Virus record (IMG/VR): IMGVR_UViG_3300030110_002054
Span: 12,802 to 76,801 of that record
Origin: a virus
DNA length: 64,000 nucleotides
Direction: 5' to 3' (one strand)
Below the pieces are notes generated by a model. It saw nothing but the letters and a program-made list of their open reading frames with translations, was not told the origin of the DNA and made no database searches. Both the position numbers and the translations under genes were made by a program. Positions 56,199 to 64,000 of this stretch are shown here, one piece after another; position 1 is the stretch's first letter; the number at the start of each line of letters is the position of its first letter.

Positions 56199-58964
56199 AT
56201 GGATATTCTTATTGATAGAAATATCAAGGGGCTAGAACACTTAGAATATTCACCCACTCTCCGACCTGCTGATAAGAATAAGGATTTTGAAAAATTATTC
56301 AAGAACCAACCAATCTTCAGATATTTTTGTGCTTACCCATTTCAAGGGGTAATACAGAACCCAACCAGCAAGATGAGAATGGCCGATAGAACGGTTAGAG
56401 TCTTACTACAATTGGATAAGGAAGACGTAACTGGAAACTTTGATGAAGATGAATTTGACTCACATCTAGAAAAATATCTACAACTAATACAGAAAGAGCC
56501 AATTATGTCTATTATTGCTTTATTGGAACAAGAAGGATTCATCAAGAAAAAGGGAGGCAAGGGAGCATTCCTTTCTGCTCCCATTAAGAGAAAAATGCGA
56601 AAGCAAGACACTACATTCAGAAAATTAGAATCACAAGTTGTCAGAGATGAATTAGTCGGTTATAGATACGAGAAAGGAGCGTTGATTCCTACTCCAAAGA
56701 CAGGAGAATCTAGTAAAAAGAAAGTTACGCAAGAGCAGAAGGATAAGACATATTCCAAAAGAACTTCAGATTTCATGGATGCCTTTGATAAGGATACTGC
56801 GGTAATTATAGAAGACAAATTAAAGGAACAAATTGATGTAGCGGATACCAGTAAAACAAGGAAAGATGGTTCAATCAGCACTAAAAACATTCTAGTTTCA
56901 ATAGACACTAGAGAGTATTTTAGGAAGTTATTCATTAAGAATGGGTTTGGGGATTTCAATGACCCTGATGAGTTCTATTTTGGTGTAAGAGGAAAAACAA
57001 CAGAAGATGAAGAGATGGACTCTAAACGCTCCACACAACAGGATAGGGACAAAGCATTCCAAGCAGAACTTAGGTCCGGTGAGAAGCAAAAGAAAGAAGC
57101 AGATGCTAAAGCATGGTTCTATGAGCAAGAAGACATTGATGAAGACGATGAAAGAAACGCTATAGCAAGTAAAAGAAAAAACATCAAACCCGATGATGTG
57201 ACATATACAATGCTTGCAGATAATCTAGACCCCAATTGGTTTGACGAAGATGTAGAAAAAATGCTTGTTCTCAAAGCAGCCCCGAAAGACTCGGATACTG
57301 CATTAGCAACAATGGGACAACAAAAAGAACCCGATACCAAAGATAAGGATGGTAAAACAACAGAAGGTTCTAGAAGTTTCTACATCAAAGACTTTGATGG
57401 CAAGAAAACGAAGTATAATACTATAGAAGAATTTCATGAAGCCTTGGTAGATTTCCAAGAGAATGAATTTACTCCAAGTAAGATAGAAGACATGGCAAAG
57501 AAAGAATTAGAGTCACGAAAAGAAAATAGATTGAAGACTCAAGTAAAGGCATATTTAACTCCCAAAAACAATCTAATAGAAGTAGGGCAAGCAAAAATTA
57601 ATTTTAGTATGGATGTTACTAACTTAGAAAGTCCTGAAGCCTTAACACGCTACATTATGTCTGATAAAAATTGGGGAGAACAACCTTTTGAAGATGGGCC
57701 GGATACTAAGTCTACACCATACGAAAAAGAAAAGAGAAGTCTAGCAAAAATTGCTGACAGAGTTTTCAGCGAAATTGATAACTTAGAAAAAACGATTAAT
57801 GCAAAGGGTGACAAACCATATGTTCCTAATTTATTGAGTATGTTATTTGGTAGTCAGGTTGGGTTATTTGAAAGGGTAGTTAATTCTGACAGTCTAGAAT
57901 CCGCTACTAAATATCCTGAAGAAAGGAATAGTAGAGTTAAGGTAAAGGATGTCCTTGAAAGGATTGAATTGATGAAAGACAAACTACTAGACGATTTAGA
58001 AAATGCAAAGAAAGGGCGTTACATACAAGAAGAGGCGAATGTGACAGACCCTTCAGGAAATGAAATTTGGTTTGAGTATGACCCTGAAACTCAACAATAT
58101 GGCAAGTCTGTAGGTGTCATGCAAATGCATCCGAAAGATGCAAATTATTCTTATGGGAGACATGATGATGAAAGTAGAAAGAAAATGGAGAAGAATCCTA
58201 ATTTTAATTGGGTTCTGACAAAACCTGAACTTGATTTTGGCCCCGTAAAAGAGAAGGACGTAGAGATAAGGGAGGCATATGAGGCTACAAAAAATATGTC
58301 TAGATATCTAGACCTAGAAGAATCCGAAGAGGGAGAGATGGCAGAACCCAGTAATCCCGCAGAAGTCAAGCAATACTTGAGGCAATTAGAGAATGTCGTG
58401 AAGGGAATAGTGACTGCATTAGATAGACTGTCAGATGCAATGCGAAAGAAGACTACTAAAACCGATACAAGAGGAAACCCAGTCAAAGGAGAACCTGCTG
58501 GAAAAGGTAGTCTAAATTGGTATCTTGCTTATTTAGAAACTGATAATAACGTAAATGATTTTTATGATGATTGGTTAGATGATTGGTTTGCAACCACTCC
58601 TACATCAAAAGGAGGATGGAGGCAGATACGTTCTCAAGTTAAAGCCTTAGATATTCCTTTAGTTTGGATAGCATCAAGTGAATTAGAGGAGACTGATGCT
58701 ATAGACACTAGAGCGCAAAGACCTGAATCATGGAGAAGAAGTGCATCAGGTAAGAATCCATTTAGAGCCGGAACACGTTTTGGTGATGAAAGAATCTCAA
58801 CACAAAGAAAGAAAACAGTCGAATCTCCTAAAGGTGATAAATCAGTTACAGACCAATATGGTGGAGAAGGAAGTAGCGATGAAATTAAATCGGCTATTCT
58901 AGACATGCATTCAATTTATGTTGAGTATATAGAATTAAAAGAAGTAGTGGAGAGTGCGACTTAA
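56199..58964 (+). CDS. Large hypothetical protein
   Basis: 921 aa, charged, with internal VEKM and VLKA sites. Confidence 0.75.
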   Translation: MDILIDRNIKGLEHLEYSPTLRPADKNKDFEKLFKNQPIFRYFCAYPFQGVIQNPTSKMRMADRTVRVLLQLDKEDVTGNFDEDEFDSHLEKYLQLIQKEPIMSIIALLEQEGFIKKKGGKGAFLSAPIKRKMRKQDTTFRKLESQVVRDELVGYRYEKGALIPTPKTGESSKKKVTQEQKDKTYSKRTSDFMDAFDKDTAVIIEDKLKEQIDVADTSKTRKDGSISTKNILVSIDTREYFRKLFIKNGFGDFNDPDEFYFGVRGKTTEDEEMDSKRSTQQDRDKAFQAELRSGEKQKKEADAKAWFYEQEDIDEDDERNAIASKRKNIKPDDVTYTMLADNLDPNWFDEDVEKMLVLKAAPKDSDTALATMGQQKEPDTKDKDGKTTEGSRSFYIKDFDGKKTKYNTIEEFHEALVDFQENEFTPSKIEDMAKKELESRKENRLKTQVKAYLTPKNNLIEVGQAKINFSMDVTNLESPEALTRYIMSDKNWGEQPFEDGPDTKSTPYEKEKRSLAKIADRVFSEIDNLEKTINAKGDKPYVPNLLSMLFGSQVGLFERVVNSDSLESATKYPEERNSRVKVKDVLERIELMKDKLLDDLENAKKGRYIQEEANVTDPSGNEIWFEYDPETQQYGKSVGVMQMHPKDANYSYGRHDDESRKKMEKNPNFNWVLTKPELDFGPVKEKDVEIREAYEATKNMSRYLDLEESEEGEMAEPSNPAEVKQYLRQLENVVKGIVTALDRLSDAMRKKTTKTDTRGNPVKGEPAGKGSLNWYLAYLETDNNVNDFYDDWLDDWFATTPTSKGGWRQIRSQVKALDIPLVWIASSELEETDAIDTRAQRPESWRRSASGKNPFRAGTRFGDERISTQRKKTVESPKGDKSVTDQYGGEGSSDEIKSAILDMHSIYVEYIELKEVVESAT

Positions 58965-60070
58965 TGGGCAAAGTTTCCTCACCGAGCGACTTTACAACAA
59001 TAAATGTTGATTACAATAGTGGCAATGGGCATTATACTCGCGCTATTGACATATCTAACCTACTACAAATCGGAGCGTTTTCAACAACAACAACTCCTGA
59101 TTTGGCTGAAGTGGGGAAGATAATAAAAAGAGTAGAAGAGAAGATTGATGATTCTATCAAACAATCCTATCGGCCTATTATTCACAAACATGAGTTTCAT
59201 TCATTTGATGCAATGACAAAGGCCACATATCCTGTTAGGACATATAGGGACTATGTTGGGTTTATACAATTAGCACAACCCAAAATACAGAAAGTTGTCA
59301 GATTAGAAGTTTGGCAGGGAGACTCATATACAGATTTAGCCTCTGCTACTGCTTCTATTACTATGCCAACTTCCCCTACAGGGGGTAGTGTTAGTTGGAG
59401 GATTAGATTAACCGCAGGTACATACACCTTTGATTTGGTAGAAGGAACACACTTCTATGATACATATGGCCCAAAGACAACTGCGAGTCAATTAGTGGAT
59501 GCTATCAATGAGGTGTTCCCAGCAAAGACTGCTAAGTTCACAGGAGAAACTGCGGCAAAGTCTGTAACTGCTAATGGTGCGTCTTCAGTTCACATCTCAG
59601 ATTTCTTCTATGCCACGAAGGATAGCGAAAAGGGAGATAGAGTTGTAATATCTTCCTTACTCATGGGTAGTGATGGAGCATCATGTACCATTACCTCTGT
59701 TGACACGGATGATAGTAACTCCCTTGTTGGTACTGTTAGTGGCTTTACTTCACACGAAGACCAAGGGAGGTTAGATGACTATTGGATGATAAGTGATGAA
59801 GGTAAGATTTTCTTTCATCAAGAGTATCCATATCTACAGAATAACTCGATACGAGTCACATATGTAGCGGGTGATGGTAGAGTCCCTGCACCAATACATG
59901 AAGCGGCAACTAAACTAGTTGCGGCTGAGATAATCAGACACGATGATAACTCTATTCTTATTGCTGAGACTGAATCTAATATTAGCCTGAAGGATAAGCA
60001 TGATATCCTAATAGAAGAGGCCAATAAGATAATTGATGGAAAAAAGAACATAGTGCATTTCATAACGTGA
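58964..60070 (+). CDS. Head-tail adaptor/connector
   Basis: IRVTYVAG...VPAPIHEAATKLVAAEI adaptor pattern, positioned before the tail genes. Confidence 0.7.
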   Translation: MGKVSSPSDFTTINVDYNSGNGHYTRAIDISNLLQIGAFSTTTTPDLAEVGKIIKRVEEKIDDSIKQSYRPIIHKHEFHSFDAMTKATYPVRTYRDYVGFIQLAQPKIQKVVRLEVWQGDSYTDLASATASITMPTSPTGGSVSWRIRLTAGTYTFDLVEGTHFYDTYGPKTTASQLVDAINEVFPAKTAKFTGETAAKSVTANGASSVHISDFFYATKDSEKGDRVVISSLLMGSDGASCTITSVDTDDSNSLVGTVSGFTSHEDQGRLDDYWMISDEGKIFFHQEYPYLQNNSIRVTYVAGDGRVPAPIHEAATKLVAAEIIRHDDNSILIAETESNISLKDKHDILIEEANKIIDGKKNIVHFIT

Positions 60071-60074
60071 TAAT

Positions 60075-60263
60075 ATGGAAAATCTAAATCAACTTTTTGA
60101 TAGACTCCTAGCAAGGGAAATAGAAAGAAATCAAATGTTGGCTGATTCCGGCTATGGAGATTTTGCCTTATCAGATGAAGGTGTAATGGTTCATGCCTTA
60201 GAAATTTTCCAAAAGAAAATGGTTAAACAAATGGGAGAGAATATGCGTGGCAATATTGGATGA
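60075..60263 (+). CDS. Small neck-region protein
   Basis: 62-aa ORF in the operon. Confidence 0.55.
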   Translation: MENLNQLFDRLLAREIERNQMLADSGYGDFALSDEGVMVHALEIFQKKMVKQMGENMRGNIG

Positions 60264-60813
60264 AGTTACACTAGTCATGAGACTGTTGACTGATAATTGG
60301 GCATCTGCCGCTTCAACCCTGAATAGTGCAGGTAAGATTCATTCTAGCATTAGTTTACCAAAAATAATTGATGTTCGTTCTATTGAACCGAATGAAGGAA
60401 GAAGAGTAGACGCTGATTCGGAAACTGCGGTAGTAATCATTTACGAAGATAGTGGGTCTACAAACTATCCGACAATAGATTATGCCGTTCGTAATGAAGA
60501 ATTTACATTCACAATACACATTAGGGTTCTTGCTAGAAGAGACATTTCCAAGCCTACAACTAGTGGTCAGTCAGAAGTCCCAAACACTACTCCTAGAGAT
60601 AGGTTGCAATCTTTGTATAGAATAACACGATATATATTGGAAAATAATTCACTCAGACCAACGGTCTATGTAGGTGGTGGCTCTTCGGGAACTGTAGAAG
60701 GAGATGCGGATATCATCAAATTGACCAGCAGGAGTGAAGCCAATGACCGAAAGAAACGCTTATTGGGTTACAAGTTGTCGGTGGAGATGAAGAGGTTCGC
60801 TCGTAGCGTATAG
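60247..60813 (+). CDS. Putative tail terminator/completion protein
   Basis: 188 aa immediately upstream of the tail tube gene. Alpha/beta pattern. Confidence 0.55.
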   Translation: MAILDEVTLVMRLLTDNWASAASTLNSAGKIHSSISLPKIIDVRSIEPNEGRRVDADSETAVVIIYEDSGSTNYPTIDYAVRNEEFTFTIHIRVLARRDISKPTTSGQSEVPNTTPRDRLQSLYRITRYILENNSLRPTVYVGGGSSGTVEGDADIIKLTSRSEANDRKKRLLGYKLSVEMKRFARSV

Positions 60814-60821
60814 GTGAGAAA

Positions 60822-62402
60822 ATGACAAACACTAATATTCTATCAAATGAAACATTCGTAGGTGCATTAGCAACTGCAACTATGATACCTGAGAGCGATA
60901 TATATCTAGAGAATTGCACTATCGCCGCTTCTGATTTGACTACAGTAACCGTAGCAGACTCAACTGTAAGTCATCTAGTTCCTAATCTCTATGTGGGGTG
61001 CATGGCAAAGATACATGGTAACTCAACTAAGAAAGGAAACTATCTAATCAAGAGTAATACCACTACAACAATAACATTCGCAGAAGATGTAGCGGGGGCT
61101 AATAGCGAGGACTCAATAGACGTTACAATTTATGGCTTCGGCGCACCATGTCCAGCACCTCCGGTAATTACGGGCAAGCCTACTCTATTGGCAGATAATT
61201 GGCTGGGCTTGGTAAATACACTAACTCCTCCATCTGTGGAAGTAGAAATAGGCCAAATCAATCTAGCAGGAGCCGCTACTAGAAATATAGAATACCAATT
61301 CAAAAAGAATGAAACAGTTAGTGGTGGGTCATTAGATTTCTCTGTAAACAATGGGTCTTGGTTATATTACGCATTGGGTGACTTTACTGTAGCGAATAGC
61401 AACCACACTCTAGCAAGTGCTGGTAATGCTCTATCGGGAACAGGTTATGCCGTGGATTTAACCCATGATAAGTTTCTAAGAGTTATTGGTGGAGCAGAAT
61501 ATCCTCCACAGGACAAAACAGATGTCCATACTGAAAGCGTATGGGATGATAATAGACAAATGGTAACAGAAGGAGGTTCGGGTTATTGGACATATAATTT
61601 CACAGAAAGCAATGGGGATTCTCTTCCTTCGTTTGCTCTAGAAGTTACATATGAGAAGGGTGACCTTGCTGATGCGAACTACTATGTTGGTAGCGAAGGT
61701 GGTTCGACAGATGCAACTGCAAAACCATTCAAGGATATCTACAGTAGAGTTTTTACTGGTTGTCAAGTAAATACTCTTACGCTTAACTTTGAAGAGGGTC
61801 AAGAACTTAGAGGCAATGTTGACTTAGTGACAAGAAGGGCTTTTGATGCTCCTGACGACTACTCACCAAAAAGAAGAGTTAGGACCGCTACTGGCCTATT
61901 CAACTACGCTTCTTCTGATGCTGATGTTAGACCTTACATGTTCAGCCAAGGAACGGTACAGTTGTACGGTCAAACTTTGGCTAGAGTTAAAACTGGTTCA
62001 GTTACTATTTCAAATAACATAGCCCAAGCAAGATATATTGGACAATATGATAGAGGAATAATGTCAAACCACATTCCTGCCCAAAGAACCTATGAGATTT
62101 CTTTGACTATGGAAATAGTAGATACAAAACTGTGGGACAATCTAAGAGCAGATGGCGAACATCAGAATGCCGCAGGAGATACTACTCTTCCCTATGATGG
62201 TAAGATTATGATTAAGTTTGAGAAAGATAGCACAGACTACATTGAGTTGGCATTTACAGATTACATAACACAATCACTAGATATTCCGTTCCCTGAAGAT
62301 AAGGGACCAATAGATGTTGCAGCAACATTTTCGGCTAGAACCCTACAAACCGCAAAGTATGTTGGAAACTGGAAGATACTACACTCCAATACAGGTCTTT
62401 AG
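60822..62402 (+). CDS. Major tail tube protein
   Basis: 526 aa, Thr/Ser/Gly-rich. LPSFALE...RVFTGCQVNTLTLNF pattern. Followed by chaperone genes and the tape measure gene. Confidence 0.72.
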   Translation: MTNTNILSNETFVGALATATMIPESDIYLENCTIAASDLTTVTVADSTVSHLVPNLYVGCMAKIHGNSTKKGNYLIKSNTTTTITFAEDVAGANSEDSIDVTIYGFGAPCPAPPVITGKPTLLADNWLGLVNTLTPPSVEVEIGQINLAGAATRNIEYQFKKNETVSGGSLDFSVNNGSWLYYALGDFTVANSNHTLASAGNALSGTGYAVDLTHDKFLRVIGGAEYPPQDKTDVHTESVWDDNRQMVTEGGSGYWTYNFTESNGDSLPSFALEVTYEKGDLADANYYVGSEGGSTDATAKPFKDIYSRVFTGCQVNTLTLNFEEGQELRGNVDLVTRRAFDAPDDYSPKRRVRTATGLFNYASSDADVRPYMFSQGTVQLYGQTLARVKTGSVTISNNIAQARYIGQYDRGIMSNHIPAQRTYEISLTMEIVDTKLWDNLRADGEHQNAAGDTTLPYDGKIMIKFEKDSTDYIELAFTDYITQSLDIPFPEDKGPIDVAATFSARTLQTAKYVGNWKILHSNTGL

Positions 62403-62477
62403 GGAGGTTCTATTGCAGTAGAATCTAGTTTAGAAATTCCACCAACATCCGTTTGTTTGTTTGTTGGTATTATGTAG

Positions 62478-62846
62478 GTGGAAAAAATGACAGAAAAAGT
62501 AGTAAATGATAAAGCAATGCTGTTTGCAAAAACAGAAACCGAATGCCATCAAATCAAGGTAATGCCTGATTCTGATGAGATACTGAAAGTATGGATAAAG
62601 GAACCCACTTGGTTACAAGTGGAACAGTCTCTATCCAAGTTAATGAAACTCGATACTTCCGGTAATATGGATATTGACTTGAATGAGTTGTATAGATATC
62701 TAGTAGAGGAATTCATAGAGAAGACAGAACCTTCTCTCACTCCTCTAGAGATAATGAGATTGAATCCATATATCGGAATGCAATTAAAAGATGTTCTCCC
62801 TAATCCCTTTGAGGAATTAAGCGGAGATGATACGGGAAAAGCGTGA
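62478..62846 (+). CDS. Tail assembly chaperone (G-like)
   Basis: Lies between the tail tube and tape measure genes and ends at the slippery site G GGA AAA. Confidence 0.75.
   Translation: MEKMTEKVVNDKAMLFAKTETECHQIKVMPDSDEILKVWIKEPTWLQVEQSLSKLMKLDTSGNMDIDLNELYRYLVEEFIEKTEPSLTPLEIMRLNPYIGMQLKDVLPNPFEELSGDDTGKA
62834..62840 (+). other. -1 programmed ribosomal frameshift heptamer GGGAAAA
   Basis: X XXY YYZ in frame just before the stop. The -1 frame continues into ORF 62843-63052. Confidence 0.75.
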
Positions 62847-63052
62847 ATATCAGAAAGGCATTGAGAGGAGGACAAGTTGATGTCAATGTGGCACTACAAC
62901 TCATGCTATTCTCTTATGCCAAGATTTTCAGCATTAGCCCACACGATGCTAGAAATACCCCAATAAAAACTATAGTGGATATGATACTAATAAATGGAGA
63001 AGTAGAAAAACTCAAAGCAGAAGAAATAGACAAAGCAAAACAAAGAAGTTGA
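62843..63052 (+). CDS. Tail chaperone frameshift extension (T-like)
   Basis: In the -1 frame relative to the upstream ORF. Confidence 0.7.
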   Translation: MNIRKALRGGQVDVNVALQLMLFSYAKIFSISPHDARNTPIKTIVDMILINGEVEKLKAEEIDKAKQRS

Positions 63053-63057
63053 TGTAG

Positions 63058-64000
63058 ATGGCAGATGCACAGAAAGAAGTAGAATCAATGATTGGGTATT
63101 CCCAAGAATTGTCTGAGGCATTAGGCTCGATGACCAAAGCCATGCTAAAAAATGCAGATACAAGTAAAACTTGGACAGTAATGAGTAGATTCACTTCTGG
63201 TAGCGGTTTCTGGAAGATACAAAATAAGGCTCGCGGTGTCTTAAGCAGTTTTCTAATTCTCAATGAAACAATGGAGGCAGGGGCCAAAGCAATGGCCGAA
63301 TACAATCAACTTCTCGGAACGTACAACAAGATAAGAAAGAAGGTTCCTAGAAGTGCTTCCCCTGCTGCTTTGATGAAAACTGGTGAGTTCAAAGATAAAC
63401 AGGCTATCTATCAAAAAGCATATGGAGATGATGGGGATAGTGAACTTATCAAAGACCTAACAAAACAGAATGAAAATGCTAATGCTCTTCTGGAAAAAAT
63501 GGAAAATAAATTGGTTATACAATTAAGATATAGCAAGATGAATTTTAGAGAACGAATGATAGACAGAAAAAAACGTCTAATAGCATTCGCTAAACAATCA
63601 TCATTCTACAAAAAATTTGGTGGGCAAGGATTTGTCAAAGGAACAAGGATGTTCATCAAAGCAGGTGTTAAATTGTTTGCAAAGTTCTTGCTATACATAG
63701 TAGGCATTGCAGTAGTAACCACAATACTCATGATATTCCTAAGAAAGGGATTAAAGTGGTTCACTAGAACTGCAAGGCAAGTTAAACTGTTTGAGAATAT
63801 GCGTAAGATACTATCAGCAGTTTTTACAATTATGAGTGGCATATTTGATGTGCTTGTAGGGATTTGGAGAGGAGATTTGATGATGGTCTTGGGGGCATTT
63901 TGGAATAAAATTATTCCCGGTCTTATAAGCGTAGCATTGAGAGGTGCTTTGTTTGCGGCACAGTTGTTAGCATCAATACTAGTGGGATTAGCAGGTATGA
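63058..64000 (+). CDS. Tape measure protein (partial, runs off the window)
   Basis: Open frame MADAQKEVES... found manually, reaching the window end. Helical with hydrophobic segments. Canonical position. Confidence 0.75.
   Translation, partial: MADAQKEVESMIGYSQELSEALGSMTKAMLKNADTSKTWTVMSRFTSGSGFWKIQNKARGVLSSFLILNETMEAGAKAMAEYNQLLGTYNKIRKKVPRSASPAALMKTGEFKDKQAIYQKAYGDDGDSELIKDLTKQNENANALLEKMENKLVIQLRYSKMNFRERMIDRKKRLIAFAKQSSFYKKFGGQGFVKGTRMFIKAGVKLFAKFLLYIVGIAVVTTILMIFLRKGLKWFTRTARQVKLFENMRKILSAVFTIMSGIFDVLVGIWRGDLMMVLGAFWNKIIPGLISVALRGALFAAQLLASILVGLAGM

Noticed and set aside
32331-58964. Virion RNA polymerase among the large unknown proteins (688, ~997, 670 and 921 aa)
   Set aside because: No DxDGD or T7/N4-type catalytic motifs were found. 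DFDGK in the 921-aa protein is not a match.

Overview
The window is a 64 kb segment of a large tailed archaeal dsDNA virus (Caudoviricetes). Its gene content resembles magroviruses, the viruses of Marine Group II/Poseidoniales Euryarchaeota; the host assignment is inference. It has two divergent arms. The minus-strand arm (1-22372) carries replication and repair genes (PolB, probable PCNA, RecA/Sak4-like ATPase, RFC, a degenerate ligase-like protein, SNF2 and UvrD helicases), TFB-like and PC4-like factors, and many small accessory genes. Four copies of a conserved 23-bp TATA-containing element punctuate this arm. The plus-strand arm (23564-64000) carries terminase, portal, an active ATP-dependent ligase, prohead protease/scaffold, HK97-type MCP, a membrane/small-GTPase module, and neck, tail and tape-measure genes. 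Between the arms lie a ~1.2 kb non-coding region (candidate structured RNA plus origin-like iterons) and the most novel element. That element is a tandem array of five self-contained gene cassettes (23465-26901), joined at palindromic ACCATATGGT cores, in which the two ends of each cassette are cassette-specific inverted repeats. A second notable system is a shared N-terminal W-x-x-[ILV]-[LIV]-K leader on about 15 otherwise unrelated late proteins, probably a capsid-targeting and protease-cleavage tag. All functional calls come from motif recognition by eye; no database searches were run.
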